Assembly (NCBI GenBank): GCA_045599645.1
Contig: JAZRWI010000014.1
Coordinates: 4,676 to 68,675 of the forward strand
Source: Candidatus Avigastranaerophilus sp.
GTDB taxonomy: Bacteria; Muiribacteriota; Ozemobacteria; Ozemobacterales; Ozemobacteraceae
DNA length: 64,000 nt
Direction: 5' to 3'
Both the position numbers and the translations under genes were made by a program. Positions 56,801 through 64,000 of the stretch are shown here, one piece after another (position 1 is the first letter of the stretch; every line of letters starts with the position of its first letter). The notes beneath the pieces were generated by a model, which worked only from the letters and a program-made list of their open reading frames with translations, was not told the DNA's origin and ran no database searches.

Positions 56801-56851
56801 TTTAAGGGTATCAGCAGACCTATTGACACATACAAGGTTAGCTGGAAATAA
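53819..56851 (+). CDS. HEAT-repeat protein with C-terminal class III adenylate/guanylate cyclase
   Basis: Many L.D..W.VR..AA..L repeats; MFTDVKGFT, KKIGDAFL, DVMGDPVNLASRLEG, FKGI. Confidence 0.92.
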   Translation: MMNRSPYELISSNDETLWHEGLEALVAEHSEKSCDAIIQMLSDRSWHKRETAAKALFDWGEGLSDILEKKVSEQNIDQYYWILNILGHIGDQKSVAILKRGLQNKDAELRSYAVRGLGYKKSIDNARILYPMLNDVNWSIRKLVFEQLLSFDQLILDDLRKIILTPSKIPNHSVIALFVKIGKDNILSELSHFYKEGNFALRFSILNALGELGTSRAIDYLIAGLADRSWAIRRLAAEQLSKLGPKAFDQLSASFGRVDSLIRYDIVKIIVNLIGEKAMPLLKRLLSAPDQELRMMAIENLSKLRSDIAVQEIIRCLADSDRIVSDFAADCLTKKHNLNLDLLLNILNTEDENLRFQVIKIIGSIGGLAFIPIIRILEKGNKQERLFLLGVLQKIAPDQKVIDILIKLLGDENWPVRNAASNCLVNYGEASVTSIVRVLNDPSEDIRFWARKSLVMIGPKAVRVLIQIMDDGTEPALIPHIVSALLSMNNPEAVPAVIKFLENSDEYRIENVFNSMPEVTSKDVVNTVLNLLTHPDEKVSKWLSYILRKADAPQLHRTVFLGFSHSNEKVRYYVSEAIAEWRFMSDSDLKVICRQLQVEKNVKNLHSLVSCLSKHPSAISVSSVEEFLQHCPASTMLDLMLEASSHDSPEFAEMLKVTLEKRSDLITIEDSDRVGKILGNLYKTNPDGLIKGLQSNSKAYRLCCVIALDSFNDRKIAFDVMENILDNEDQEIIKKIVKVLAKYFFYDDFRLKGALTDFFLDIGKLITEPLTEYIQTLENEIDKKALVDMIESVGGTVSADALLGKGQHKVMLSDNHLDEVLEKRRMALEELEKYDELIKESHTKELSVMFTDVKGFTAFSSKASLSEVMSMLKQHDEILQPVFEKFGGEALKKIGDAFLVVFENHNNALLAAMEIQNKLVEYNNTAPQERKLAVRITINTGSVIRTENDVMGDPVNLASRLEGITDAFEIVISEFTYEKIDKSIFTLEPNGAHEFKGISRPIDTYKVSWK

Positions 56852-56872
56852 GTAGGAATGTAGGAAACAGTT

Positions 56873-59635
56873 ATGATAGAGGAAATATTAGTCAGTTTAC
56901 AGGATAAGCTTAGAAGCTCAGACTTCCTTGATAATGATTCTGCTCTGGATAAGCTTAGTTCCTTATTGCAGTCTCAAAGCTCAGACAAGCAGCGAAAAAT
57001 TATTGCGAATGTGCTTCCAATTGCTTTGGCCTGCAAGCATGAAAACATTCAGAAAAAGACTGTTCAGATTGTAATTAACTATCCGACTATACTTAAAGAC
57101 ATTCTTCCTTCTCTTACTATTGCTACTGATACCACAGTAAGATTCTGGGCATATTTTATTTCAATAGAACTTGGTTTTAAGAACCAGGACGACCTGATTG
57201 CCATTCTCAATAGTAAAGAAAGCGATGAAATCAGAAGAATAGCTATTGATGCGCTTTCCAAAAAGCCTGATAGAAAAGTCATTATAGTTCTTCTTGAAAA
57301 AATAAGTGACCCAAGCTGGATTGTTAGAAAACAGGCTAAGAGATCCCTTATTGGTATGGGTGATTCCATTTACCAGATTATTCAGGAATATTTTCAGACC
57401 TGTTCAAGCGCACAGAAATATGAATGTATCAAGATTATTCCTCTGATTCTTCGTGAAAAAGCCTTCACGCTTTTCCAGCGAATGTTGGAAGCTGACAAAA
57501 ATGGTGTGTTCAAACCGTATATTTGCGCCGGTTTTGGGGAAATAAGAAACGAACTTTCTATGAAGGTTCTTCTTTCACTGCTCGACGATGATTCCTTGAT
57601 TGTTCGTCAGGAAGCAATAAAAGCTCTTGTAAACTGGGGTAAAGACGTTGTAAACGGTGCTCTTTCAATTTTCCCGACTGCTAGTAAAGAAACAAGACTT
57701 TGCCTGATGCAACTCCTTGGTAAAGTGCTTGGCTTAGAAGTTATTAATTTTGTTAAGGAATGCTTCGGCACTCTGAATCAGGATAGCAAATACATGCTTC
57801 TTACTGCTTTAGGTGAAGTGCGAGACCCGAAGGTTATTCCAGAATTGTTGCCGTTCCTGAAGGATGATTCTATTTTCATCCAGGACTATACAAAGAATAT
57901 TCTTATTAAGCTTGGGGTTCATGCCGTTGATCCGTTGCTTGCCAAACTTGATTCAGATGATGAATTGTTGACCATTCAGATATTGCAGGTAATTGGAACA
58001 ATTGGTTCAAAGGAAGCATTACGACCTTTGTTGTTCCTGATTGATAACTCTAAGAAGACTTTAATCAGAACATGCGCTATCGAAGCTATTTCTAAGCTTC
58101 AGAAATTTGACCTTATTGCTGGTATGCTTCTTTTGAAACTCGACGATAAAGATATTTCAATCAGGCATACTATTGTTGAAAATCTTTCAAAGCATCCTAG
58201 AAAGGCTTTCTTAAAAGAACTTGTTATGTCATGCTTTGACAGGAATGCTGATGTCTCCTGGTGGTCCAGAGAAATATTCAAACGACGTGATTATCCTGGA
58301 ATACCATCCTTCCTGCAGTTGTATGATAGTTCAACGGATGTTGAACGTGAAAGAATAATTGCTTTGGCATCAAAGCTTTCTACAGACCAGTTTGATTTGA
58401 TACTTCAGAAGGCTCCTGTTACAATGGATTCTTTGAAGCCTGAAAGCGTTGAAAACAAGGTTCTTAGACGTAAATACGCTAAAGAAAATATTAGCGACAT
58501 GAAAGAGCTTCTTTACTATTTGCAGGATGAACATGGTTCAGACTTACATCTATCAATCGGTGTTCCACCAAGCATAAGAGTTCACGGTGAATTAATCAGA
58601 ACTACATTTGAAATCATTACTCCGGAAAAGAGTAGATTCCTTCTTTTCTCTTTAATGAATGATGCCCAAAAGAAAGAATTCAACGAAAAGATGGAATTGG
58701 ACTTCTCTTACGAAATACCTGATTGTGCTCGTTTCCGTGCCAACGTATTCATGCAGAAGAACGGTATGGCTGGTGTTTTCCGTATTATTCCAAACTCAGT
58801 TCCATCCTTCAATGAAATTGGTATCGATACCAATGTTTTGGAAAAAATGTGTAACAATAAATCTGGTCTGATACTTGTTACTGGTGCAACTGGTTCAGGT
58901 AAGTCCACAACTCTTGCTTCTATGATTGACTACATCAATAGAACAAGATACGACCATATTATTACAATTGAAGACCCGATTGAATTTGTTCACCCGCATA
59001 AGAGAAGCGTTGTTTCTCAGCGCGAACTAGGTTCGAATACGTTATCCTTCTCTAATGCGCTGCGTTCAGCTTTGCGTGAAGACCCTGACGTTATACTCGT
59101 TGGTGAAATGCGTGACATTGAAACCATGAAGCTTGCTATTGCAGCCTCTGAAACTGGTCACCTTGTATTCTCAACCCTGCATACTAACTCAGCCTATGAA
59201 TCAATTAACCGCATTGTAGGCTCATTCCCTGGTGACGTTCAGCAGACTATTAGAATGCAGCTTTCAGCTAGTATCAGAGGTGTTATATCACAGAGGCTTA
59301 TACCTGCATACATGGGGTCTGGCCGTGTTCTTGCTTATGAAGTTCTTCTTGGGTCAACTCCTGTTAAGCGTTGTATCAAGGAAGATAAGACAGACCAGAT
59401 TATCTCTACAATGCAGACTAGCCGTGGTGAAGGCATGATTACTATGGATCAGTGCCTTGAAGACCTTGTTGTTGCAAAACGCATTACTTATGATGATGCC
59501 TTTAAGAATGCAGCGGATAAGAAGGATTTCCAGAAACGTCTTGAAAACAGAGTAGGTAAGGCTAATGTCGGTAGCTTCGGTATTAAGCCACTGCCACCTG
59601 AAGAACAGGAAGACAAAAAGCCTGTTAAGAAGTAA
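56873..59635 (+). CDS. HEAT-repeat protein fused to a PilT/PilU type IV pilus retraction ATPase
   Basis: About 500 aa of HEAT repeats, then GSDLHL, RFRANVF, GATGSGKSTT, TIEDPIE, ALREDPDVILVGEMRD, ETGHLVFSTLHT, GMITMDQ. Confidence 0.92.
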   Translation: MIEEILVSLQDKLRSSDFLDNDSALDKLSSLLQSQSSDKQRKIIANVLPIALACKHENIQKKTVQIVINYPTILKDILPSLTIATDTTVRFWAYFISIELGFKNQDDLIAILNSKESDEIRRIAIDALSKKPDRKVIIVLLEKISDPSWIVRKQAKRSLIGMGDSIYQIIQEYFQTCSSAQKYECIKIIPLILREKAFTLFQRMLEADKNGVFKPYICAGFGEIRNELSMKVLLSLLDDDSLIVRQEAIKALVNWGKDVVNGALSIFPTASKETRLCLMQLLGKVLGLEVINFVKECFGTLNQDSKYMLLTALGEVRDPKVIPELLPFLKDDSIFIQDYTKNILIKLGVHAVDPLLAKLDSDDELLTIQILQVIGTIGSKEALRPLLFLIDNSKKTLIRTCAIEAISKLQKFDLIAGMLLLKLDDKDISIRHTIVENLSKHPRKAFLKELVMSCFDRNADVSWWSREIFKRRDYPGIPSFLQLYDSSTDVERERIIALASKLSTDQFDLILQKAPVTMDSLKPESVENKVLRRKYAKENISDMKELLYYLQDEHGSDLHLSIGVPPSIRVHGELIRTTFEIITPEKSRFLLFSLMNDAQKKEFNEKMELDFSYEIPDCARFRANVFMQKNGMAGVFRIIPNSVPSFNEIGIDTNVLEKMCNNKSGLILVTGATGSGKSTTLASMIDYINRTRYDHIITIEDPIEFVHPHKRSVVSQRELGSNTLSFSNALRSALREDPDVILVGEMRDIETMKLAIAASETGHLVFSTLHTNSAYESINRIVGSFPGDVQQTIRMQLSASIRGVISQRLIPAYMGSGRVLAYEVLLGSTPVKRCIKEDKTDQIISTMQTSRGEGMITMDQCLEDLVVAKRITYDDAFKNAADKKDFQKRLENRVGKANVGSFGIKPLPPEEQEDKKPVKK

Positions 59636-59660
59636 TCGATTAACTTGCTCAATTGTGTGA

Positions 59661-59700
59661 AAGAAAAAGAATTGCAAAGATTATTGCAATTCTTTTTCTT
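59661..59700. terminator. Bidirectional terminator
   Basis: AAGAAAAAGAATTGCAA...TTGCAATTCTTTTTCTT between convergent genes. Confidence 0.85.
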
Positions 59701-60395
59701 TATAAGCTACAAACTGATAGCCCGGAAGTTTGAAGCAATACCGGATTACAAGTCAGTAAAGAAGAAGCTCCGGAAGAATTTGAGCAGGCATATGACTGTA
59801 TTGATATGTCACCTGCTGTTAGGGGAAGTTCTATCGAACGTTTAAGGCTTTCATCATTCATAGCTGCAAGTTCAAATATATTGTCGTCTATTAAGAATTT
59901 CTTAGCTGTAGCAAAATGCTTCTGGTTTCTTGCAACTCTTCTTAAAAACCACCAAACCAATGGAACGGCTATTATTAAACCGTCTGATTTGTTAACTATA
60001 TTCGATATTTCTGACGCGCCTGTAGCATCGGTTAGCCATATAAGTAACGGTTCAAAATCAATTGCAAGCTTACCTGAACCAAAATTTTTCTTTGGATACT
60101 TTTCAAGCGTTGGCTCTTTTAGTATTCCTTTGAATAAACCTCTTGAGTTGGAAAATTTTTCTCGCCAGTAAGCTGAGGTGTCTGTAAATTCCTGGGAATA
60201 CATTGCGCCTTTTCTTTGATTTAACCAGGTATCTATTTCTTCTTCAAGGAAGACAGTCTTCCTACCGGCATGGCGCGCCATGCTTGCAAACTCAGGCTTA
60301 TGATTTGGTGAACTTGGGGATATCCAGGCCTGAATAGTATGACGTGATACGCGAAGCTTTTCTGCAATTTCTACAAGAGTCAATATTTTTTCCAT
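59700..60395 (-). CDS. Excisionase/AlpA-type HTH protein with possible degenerate PIN-like C-terminal domain
   Basis: ILTLVEIAEKLRVSRHTIQAW...GRKTVF.EEEID.WL; C-terminal LAIDF..L...LLTCN pattern. Confidence 0.65.
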   Translation of the reverse strand: MEKILTLVEIAEKLRVSRHTIQAWISPSSPNHKPEFASMARHAGRKTVFLEEEIDTWLNQRKGAMYSQEFTDTSAYWREKFSNSRGLFKGILKEPTLEKYPKKNFGSGKLAIDFEPLLIWLTDATGASEISNIVNKSDGLIIAVPLVWWFLRRVARNQKHFATAKKFLIDDNIFELAAMNDESLKRSIELPLTAGDISIQSYACSNSSGASSLLTCNPVLLQTSGLSVCSL

Positions 60396-60692
60396 AATTT
60401 CATTTTATCGTTTCTAACTACGTTTTTACTTTGAAAATTTCATTAATTATTACTTGAATTGTTTCTAATATAACACCTTATTCAATATGTTGCAATATGT
60501 TACAATATTTAAGAATACGTTGAAAAGGTCTCTTTTTAAGCACCTTTTAGACAGTATGCTGATTTTTTGAAAGTCTTTATTGATGTGTACTTCCACTGTC
60601 GAAAAACTATGAAATATGCAATAGTAAAGGATAATGGGGTGGTATAAACCCTTTTGGGCTCATCAGTACTTAGTTTTCTATTGTAAAAAAGT

Positions 60693-60721
60693 TTGACTTT
60701 GCGAATTATTTAAGATAATAT
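60693..60721 (+). promoter_or_regulatory. Putative sigma70 promoter of the rpsB-tsf operon
   Basis: TTGACT-17 bp-TAATAT, followed by a short ACAC-containing leader and GGAGG SD. Confidence 0.55.
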
Positions 60722-60774
60722 ACACGTCACCAATTAAGTTGGTTCGTAAAATATTTCGGAGGTACATTTTTAAA

Positions 60775-61572
60775 ATGACTACTATTTCTATGAAAAGCTT
60801 GCTTGAAGCAGGCGTACATTTTGGACACCAGACCAGAAGATGGAACCCAAAGATGGCTAAGTACATCTTCACCGCTCGCAATGGTATTTATATCATCGAC
60901 CTTCAGAAGACCACTAAGCTCCTTGACGAAGCTTGTGACTTCATTAAGGGCGTAGTTCGCGAAGGTAAGCCGATCCTTTTCGTAAGCACTAAGCGCCAGG
61001 CTCAGGAAATCATTAAGCAGGAAGCTGAACGCTGTGGCATGTTCTTTATTAACTATCGCTGGCTCGGCGGTATGTTGACTAACCACGTAACTATCGAAAA
61101 GAGAATCGCTCGTTTGAAAGAACTCAACGACCTCATCGAAAGCGGTAAGATTGAATCATATCCAAAGAAAGAAGCTGCTAATATGCGCAAAGAAAGCGAA
61201 AAGCTCAATCGCGCTCTCGGCGGAATCAAGGATATGAAGGGTATGCCTGGTGCAATTTTCGTTATCGACCCACACAAAGAAGCTATCGCAATTTCCGAAG
61301 CTCGCAAGATGGGTATCCCGATAGTATCAGTAGTAGACACTAACTGTGATCCAGACAACATCGATTTCGTTATCCCAGGTAACGACGATGCTATCAGAGC
61401 TGTTAAGCTTGTTACCAGCCTTATTTCTGACTCTGTTATCGAAGCTCTTGAAGGCAAATCTTTCAGCGAAGTTCGTGAATCTAACGAAGTTGAAGCTGCT
61501 ATGAGCGAAGATATGGACATGGCTGCTGCCTTGAACATGAAGGACGAAGAAGAAAAGTCAATCGTTGACTAA
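60775..61572 (+). CDS. rpsB: 30S ribosomal protein S2
   Basis: [44 protein letters not shown]. Confidence 0.98.
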   Translation: MTTISMKSLLEAGVHFGHQTRRWNPKMAKYIFTARNGIYIIDLQKTTKLLDEACDFIKGVVREGKPILFVSTKRQAQEIIKQEAERCGMFFINYRWLGGMLTNHVTIEKRIARLKELNDLIESGKIESYPKKEAANMRKESEKLNRALGGIKDMKGMPGAIFVIDPHKEAIAISEARKMGIPIVSVVDTNCDPDNIDFVIPGNDDAIRAVKLVTSLISDSVIEALEGKSFSEVRESNEVEAAMSEDMDMAAALNMKDEEEKSIVD

Positions 61573-61601
61573 TTTTTGTAAGGCGAAAGGAACAGAAAAT
61601 T

Positions 61602-62696
61602 ATGCAGATTACAGCTAAAATGGTTGCAGAACTCCGCGATAGATCAGGCGCTGGCATTATGAAATGCAAACAGGCTCTTGTAGCTTGTGACGGCGATATG
61701 GAAAAGGCAATGGACGAACTCAGAAAATCTGGCCTTGCTTCTGCTGGTAAGCGCGCTGACCGTGCTACTTCACAGGGCATCGTATTGCCATTGATTTCTG
61801 CTGATAAGCGTCACGTTGGTTTTGTAGAAGTTAACTGCGAAACTGACTTCGTTGCTAAGACTGACGTTTTCATCGAATGCGCTAACAAGCTTGCTCAGCT
61901 TGTTCTTGATCATCCAGAAGTTAAGTCTGTTGCAGACCTTGAAAAGTTGACTATTGACGGCGTTCCAGTTGATGAATATCGCAAATCAATCATCGCTAAG
62001 TGTGGTGAAAACTGCACTATCAGCCGTGCTGAACACCTTGACGTTCCAGAAGGAACCAATGGTCTTTTCGACAAATACGTTCATAACAAAGTTACTGGTA
62101 GCGAAGGCGGCCAGCTTGGCGTTCTCGTTCAGATTAAGGCTGCTGACGCAAGCGTAAATGAAGAAGCCACTAAGGTTGCTCACCAGGTAGCTCTCCACAT
62201 CGCTATGAATGACCCAATCGCAATTTGCGAATCTGAAGTTTCTCAGGAAGTTAAAGACAGAGAATATTCAGTAGGTTATGAAAAGGCTAAAGTTGAAGCA
62301 GTTGACAAGGCTGTTAACAAGGCTCTTGAAAAAGCAGGCATCAATCCAGCTCACGTAGACTCTGAAGAACACATGAAGTCTAACTGTGAAAAGGGTTGGA
62401 TTACTGAAGAAAAGGTTGCTGAAGCTCGCGAAATTAAGACTAAAGTCGGCGCAGAAGCTCTTGCTAACCTCAAAGAACAGATGCTTCAGAACATCGCTAA
62501 GGGCCGCTTGGCTAAGTTCTTGAAGGAAGGCTGCCTGTTAGACCAGATCTTCCTGATGGACGACACCAAGACTAAGACTGTTGCAAATTACGTAGCTGAA
62601 TCTGCTAAGGCAATCAACACTAACCTCGAAATCACTGCTTTCCGCAGATGGAAATGCGGCGAAGCTGGCAAAGCTGAAGAAAAAGCTGCTGAATAA
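61602..62696 (+). CDS. tsf: Translation elongation factor Ts (long, 364 aa)
   Basis: ELRDRSGAGIMKCKQAL, EVNCETDFVA; follows rpsB. Confidence 0.97.
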   Translation: MQITAKMVAELRDRSGAGIMKCKQALVACDGDMEKAMDELRKSGLASAGKRADRATSQGIVLPLISADKRHVGFVEVNCETDFVAKTDVFIECANKLAQLVLDHPEVKSVADLEKLTIDGVPVDEYRKSIIAKCGENCTISRAEHLDVPEGTNGLFDKYVHNKVTGSEGGQLGVLVQIKAADASVNEEATKVAHQVALHIAMNDPIAICESEVSQEVKDREYSVGYEKAKVEAVDKAVNKALEKAGINPAHVDSEEHMKSNCEKGWITEEKVAEAREIKTKVGAEALANLKEQMLQNIAKGRLAKFLKEGCLLDQIFLMDDTKTKTVANYVAESAKAINTNLEITAFRRWKCGEAGKAEEKAAE

Positions 62697-62743
62697 TAAG
62701 GTTTAAGTTGATTACACTTCCCGAAATTACGAACTAACATTAG

Positions 62744-62774
62744 ATAGAGAGGCTTGCTTTGCAGGTCTCTCTAT
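62744..62774 (+). terminator. Stem-loop after tsf
   Basis: ATAGAGAGGCTTGC-TTT-GCAGGTCTCTCTAT. Confidence 0.6.
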
Positions 62775-62820
62775 TCCTCTGTTAAAAAGGGAAGTATTGA
62801 AAAGTTTTTAAGGAGACAAG

Positions 62821-63549
62821 ATGACTAGCGCAGAAATTCGTTTTAAAAGACCTCTACTCAAGCTCAGCGGCGAAATGCTCGGCGGCAAGGATGGCTTTGG
62901 TTTTAATCGTGAAGCTATTGAAGGCTATGCAAAAGAAGTAAAAGCTGTTGTTGATGCTGGTGTAACACCTGGTATCGTAATTGGTGGTGGTAACTTTTTC
63001 AGAGGGGCAAAGTCTACTCTTCCAGCTGTAAAACGTCATAATGCCGATTCAATCGGTATGCTGGCAACAGTTATGAATGCTCTTTGTTTTGCTGATCATC
63101 TTGAAGCAATCGGTGTAAAGACTGCTGTTTTCTCCGCAATGCCTATTGGCACTCTCACACGCCCATATGATATTGATAAGGCTCAGAAATTCCTGAGCAA
63201 AGGCGTTGTTTGTATCTTTTCTGCTGGAACAGGCCATCCGTATTTTTCAACGGATATGGGATGTGCACTTCGCGCTGTTGAAACCGGCTGCGATGTATTG
63301 GTAAAAGCTACTAAGGTTGACGGCGTTTATGATGCAGACCCAGTTAAGGTGCCTACAGCAAAGAAATTTGATGTTATAACCTATGATGAAGTATTGGAAA
63401 GAAAGCTTGGCGTAATGGATCTTGTTGCCATTACTTTATGCCAGGAAAATTCTATGCCACTCAAGGTATTGTCACTTAATCAGCCGGGCGTGCTTCTCAA
63501 GGCTTGCTTAGGCGAAAAAGTCGGCACTGACGTAGTTCCCGAACATTAA
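62821..63549 (+). CDS. pyrH: Uridylate kinase
   Basis: LLKLSGE, VIGGGNFFRG, GMLATVMN, GTGHPYFSTD, KATKVDGVY.ADP, VMD. Confidence 0.97.
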   Translation: MTSAEIRFKRPLLKLSGEMLGGKDGFGFNREAIEGYAKEVKAVVDAGVTPGIVIGGGNFFRGAKSTLPAVKRHNADSIGMLATVMNALCFADHLEAIGVKTAVFSAMPIGTLTRPYDIDKAQKFLSKGVVCIFSAGTGHPYFSTDMGCALRAVETGCDVLVKATKVDGVYDADPVKVPTAKKFDVITYDEVLERKLGVMDLVAITLCQENSMPLKVLSLNQPGVLLKACLGEKVGTDVVPEH

Positions 63550-63572
63550 TATTTAGAAAGGAAATACATAAT

Positions 63573-64000
63573 ATGTCTATCGATACAACAATCAATGAAT
63601 GTAAAGCTAAGATGCTTCAGTCTATTGAAGCTCTCAAAAAAGATTTCTCAACAATGAGAACCTCTAGAGCTACTCCATCACTTCTTGCCCGCATTACTGT
63701 AAACCAGTATGGTCAGGAAGTTCCATTGCAGCACGTAGCTTCTGTTTCTGCCCCAGATCCAAAACAGCTTGTTATCCAGCCATGGGACAAGACCGTTCTT
63801 GGCGAAATTGAAAAAGCTATTCTTAAGTCTGATTTGGGCTTGAACCCACAGAATGATGGTAACCTCATCCGCTTGCCAATTCCTCCTCTGACTGAAGAAA
63901 GACGTAATGACCTTGTAAAGCAGGCTAAGAAGAAAGCTGAAGATTACAAAGTTACTCTTCGTAATATCCGTCGTGATGCTAATGACGCTTTCAAGGCACA
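63573..64000 (+). CDS. frr: Ribosome recycling factor (3' truncated by window)
   Basis: Not in ORF track; translates MSIDTT...MRTSRA.P...IQPWDK...SDLGLNPQNDG..IRL.IPPLTEERR...RNIRRDAN. Confidence 0.96.
   Translation, partial: MSIDTTINECKAKMLQSIEALKKDFSTMRTSRATPSLLARITVNQYGQEVPLQHVASVSAPDPKQLVIQPWDKTVLGEIEKAILKSDLGLNPQNDGNLIRLPIPPLTEERRNDLVKQAKKKAEDYKVTLRNIRRDANDAFKA

Noticed and set aside
59700-60395. Prophage or ICE excisionase marking an integrated element
   Set aside because: No integrase, att duplication or phage genes nearby; the flanks look like core genome

Overview
64 kb of an AT-rich anaerobic, probably diderm bacterial chromosome (autotransporter, beta-barrel and lipoprotein genes; the HEAT/TPR/FGE-rich content is reminiscent of Candidatus Riflebacteria, which is inference only). 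It runs from the 3' end of leuS to rpsB-tsf-pyrH-frr. Between these lie a B12-dependent glutamate fermentation operon (glmS-glmL-glmE-mal plus AtuA-like and DUF4387 genes) and an accessory tract at about 13.8-37.4 kb. That tract holds two AAA/DUF4143 ATPases, an A-T-TE NRPS-like enzyme, an AbrB/RelE-like pair, a type III ToxIN module with an internally deleted toxin, PIN, Fic, a split AmmeMemoRadiSam system and an autotransporter. Further right are FGE-sulfatase-domain proteins, prlC, class I fumarase, a degenerate HDAC, a LysM-beta-barrel protein, a secreted EndoU and a two-gene HEAT-adenylate cyclase / HEAT-PilT operon. The most notable unexplained signals are: (1) a four-helix-bundle gene enclosed in heptamer-built inverted arms whose outer end motif (CACAC[C]TTCTACCCAC) recurs in dispersed heptamer-arm repeats at 13.9, 15.6 and 17.4 kb; (2) a 465-bp higher-order heptamer satellite; (3) the HEAT-cyclase/HEAT-PilT pair; (4) an EF-Ts carrying a Bacteroidales-type segment. 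All assignments come from motif recognition by eye; no database searches were run.
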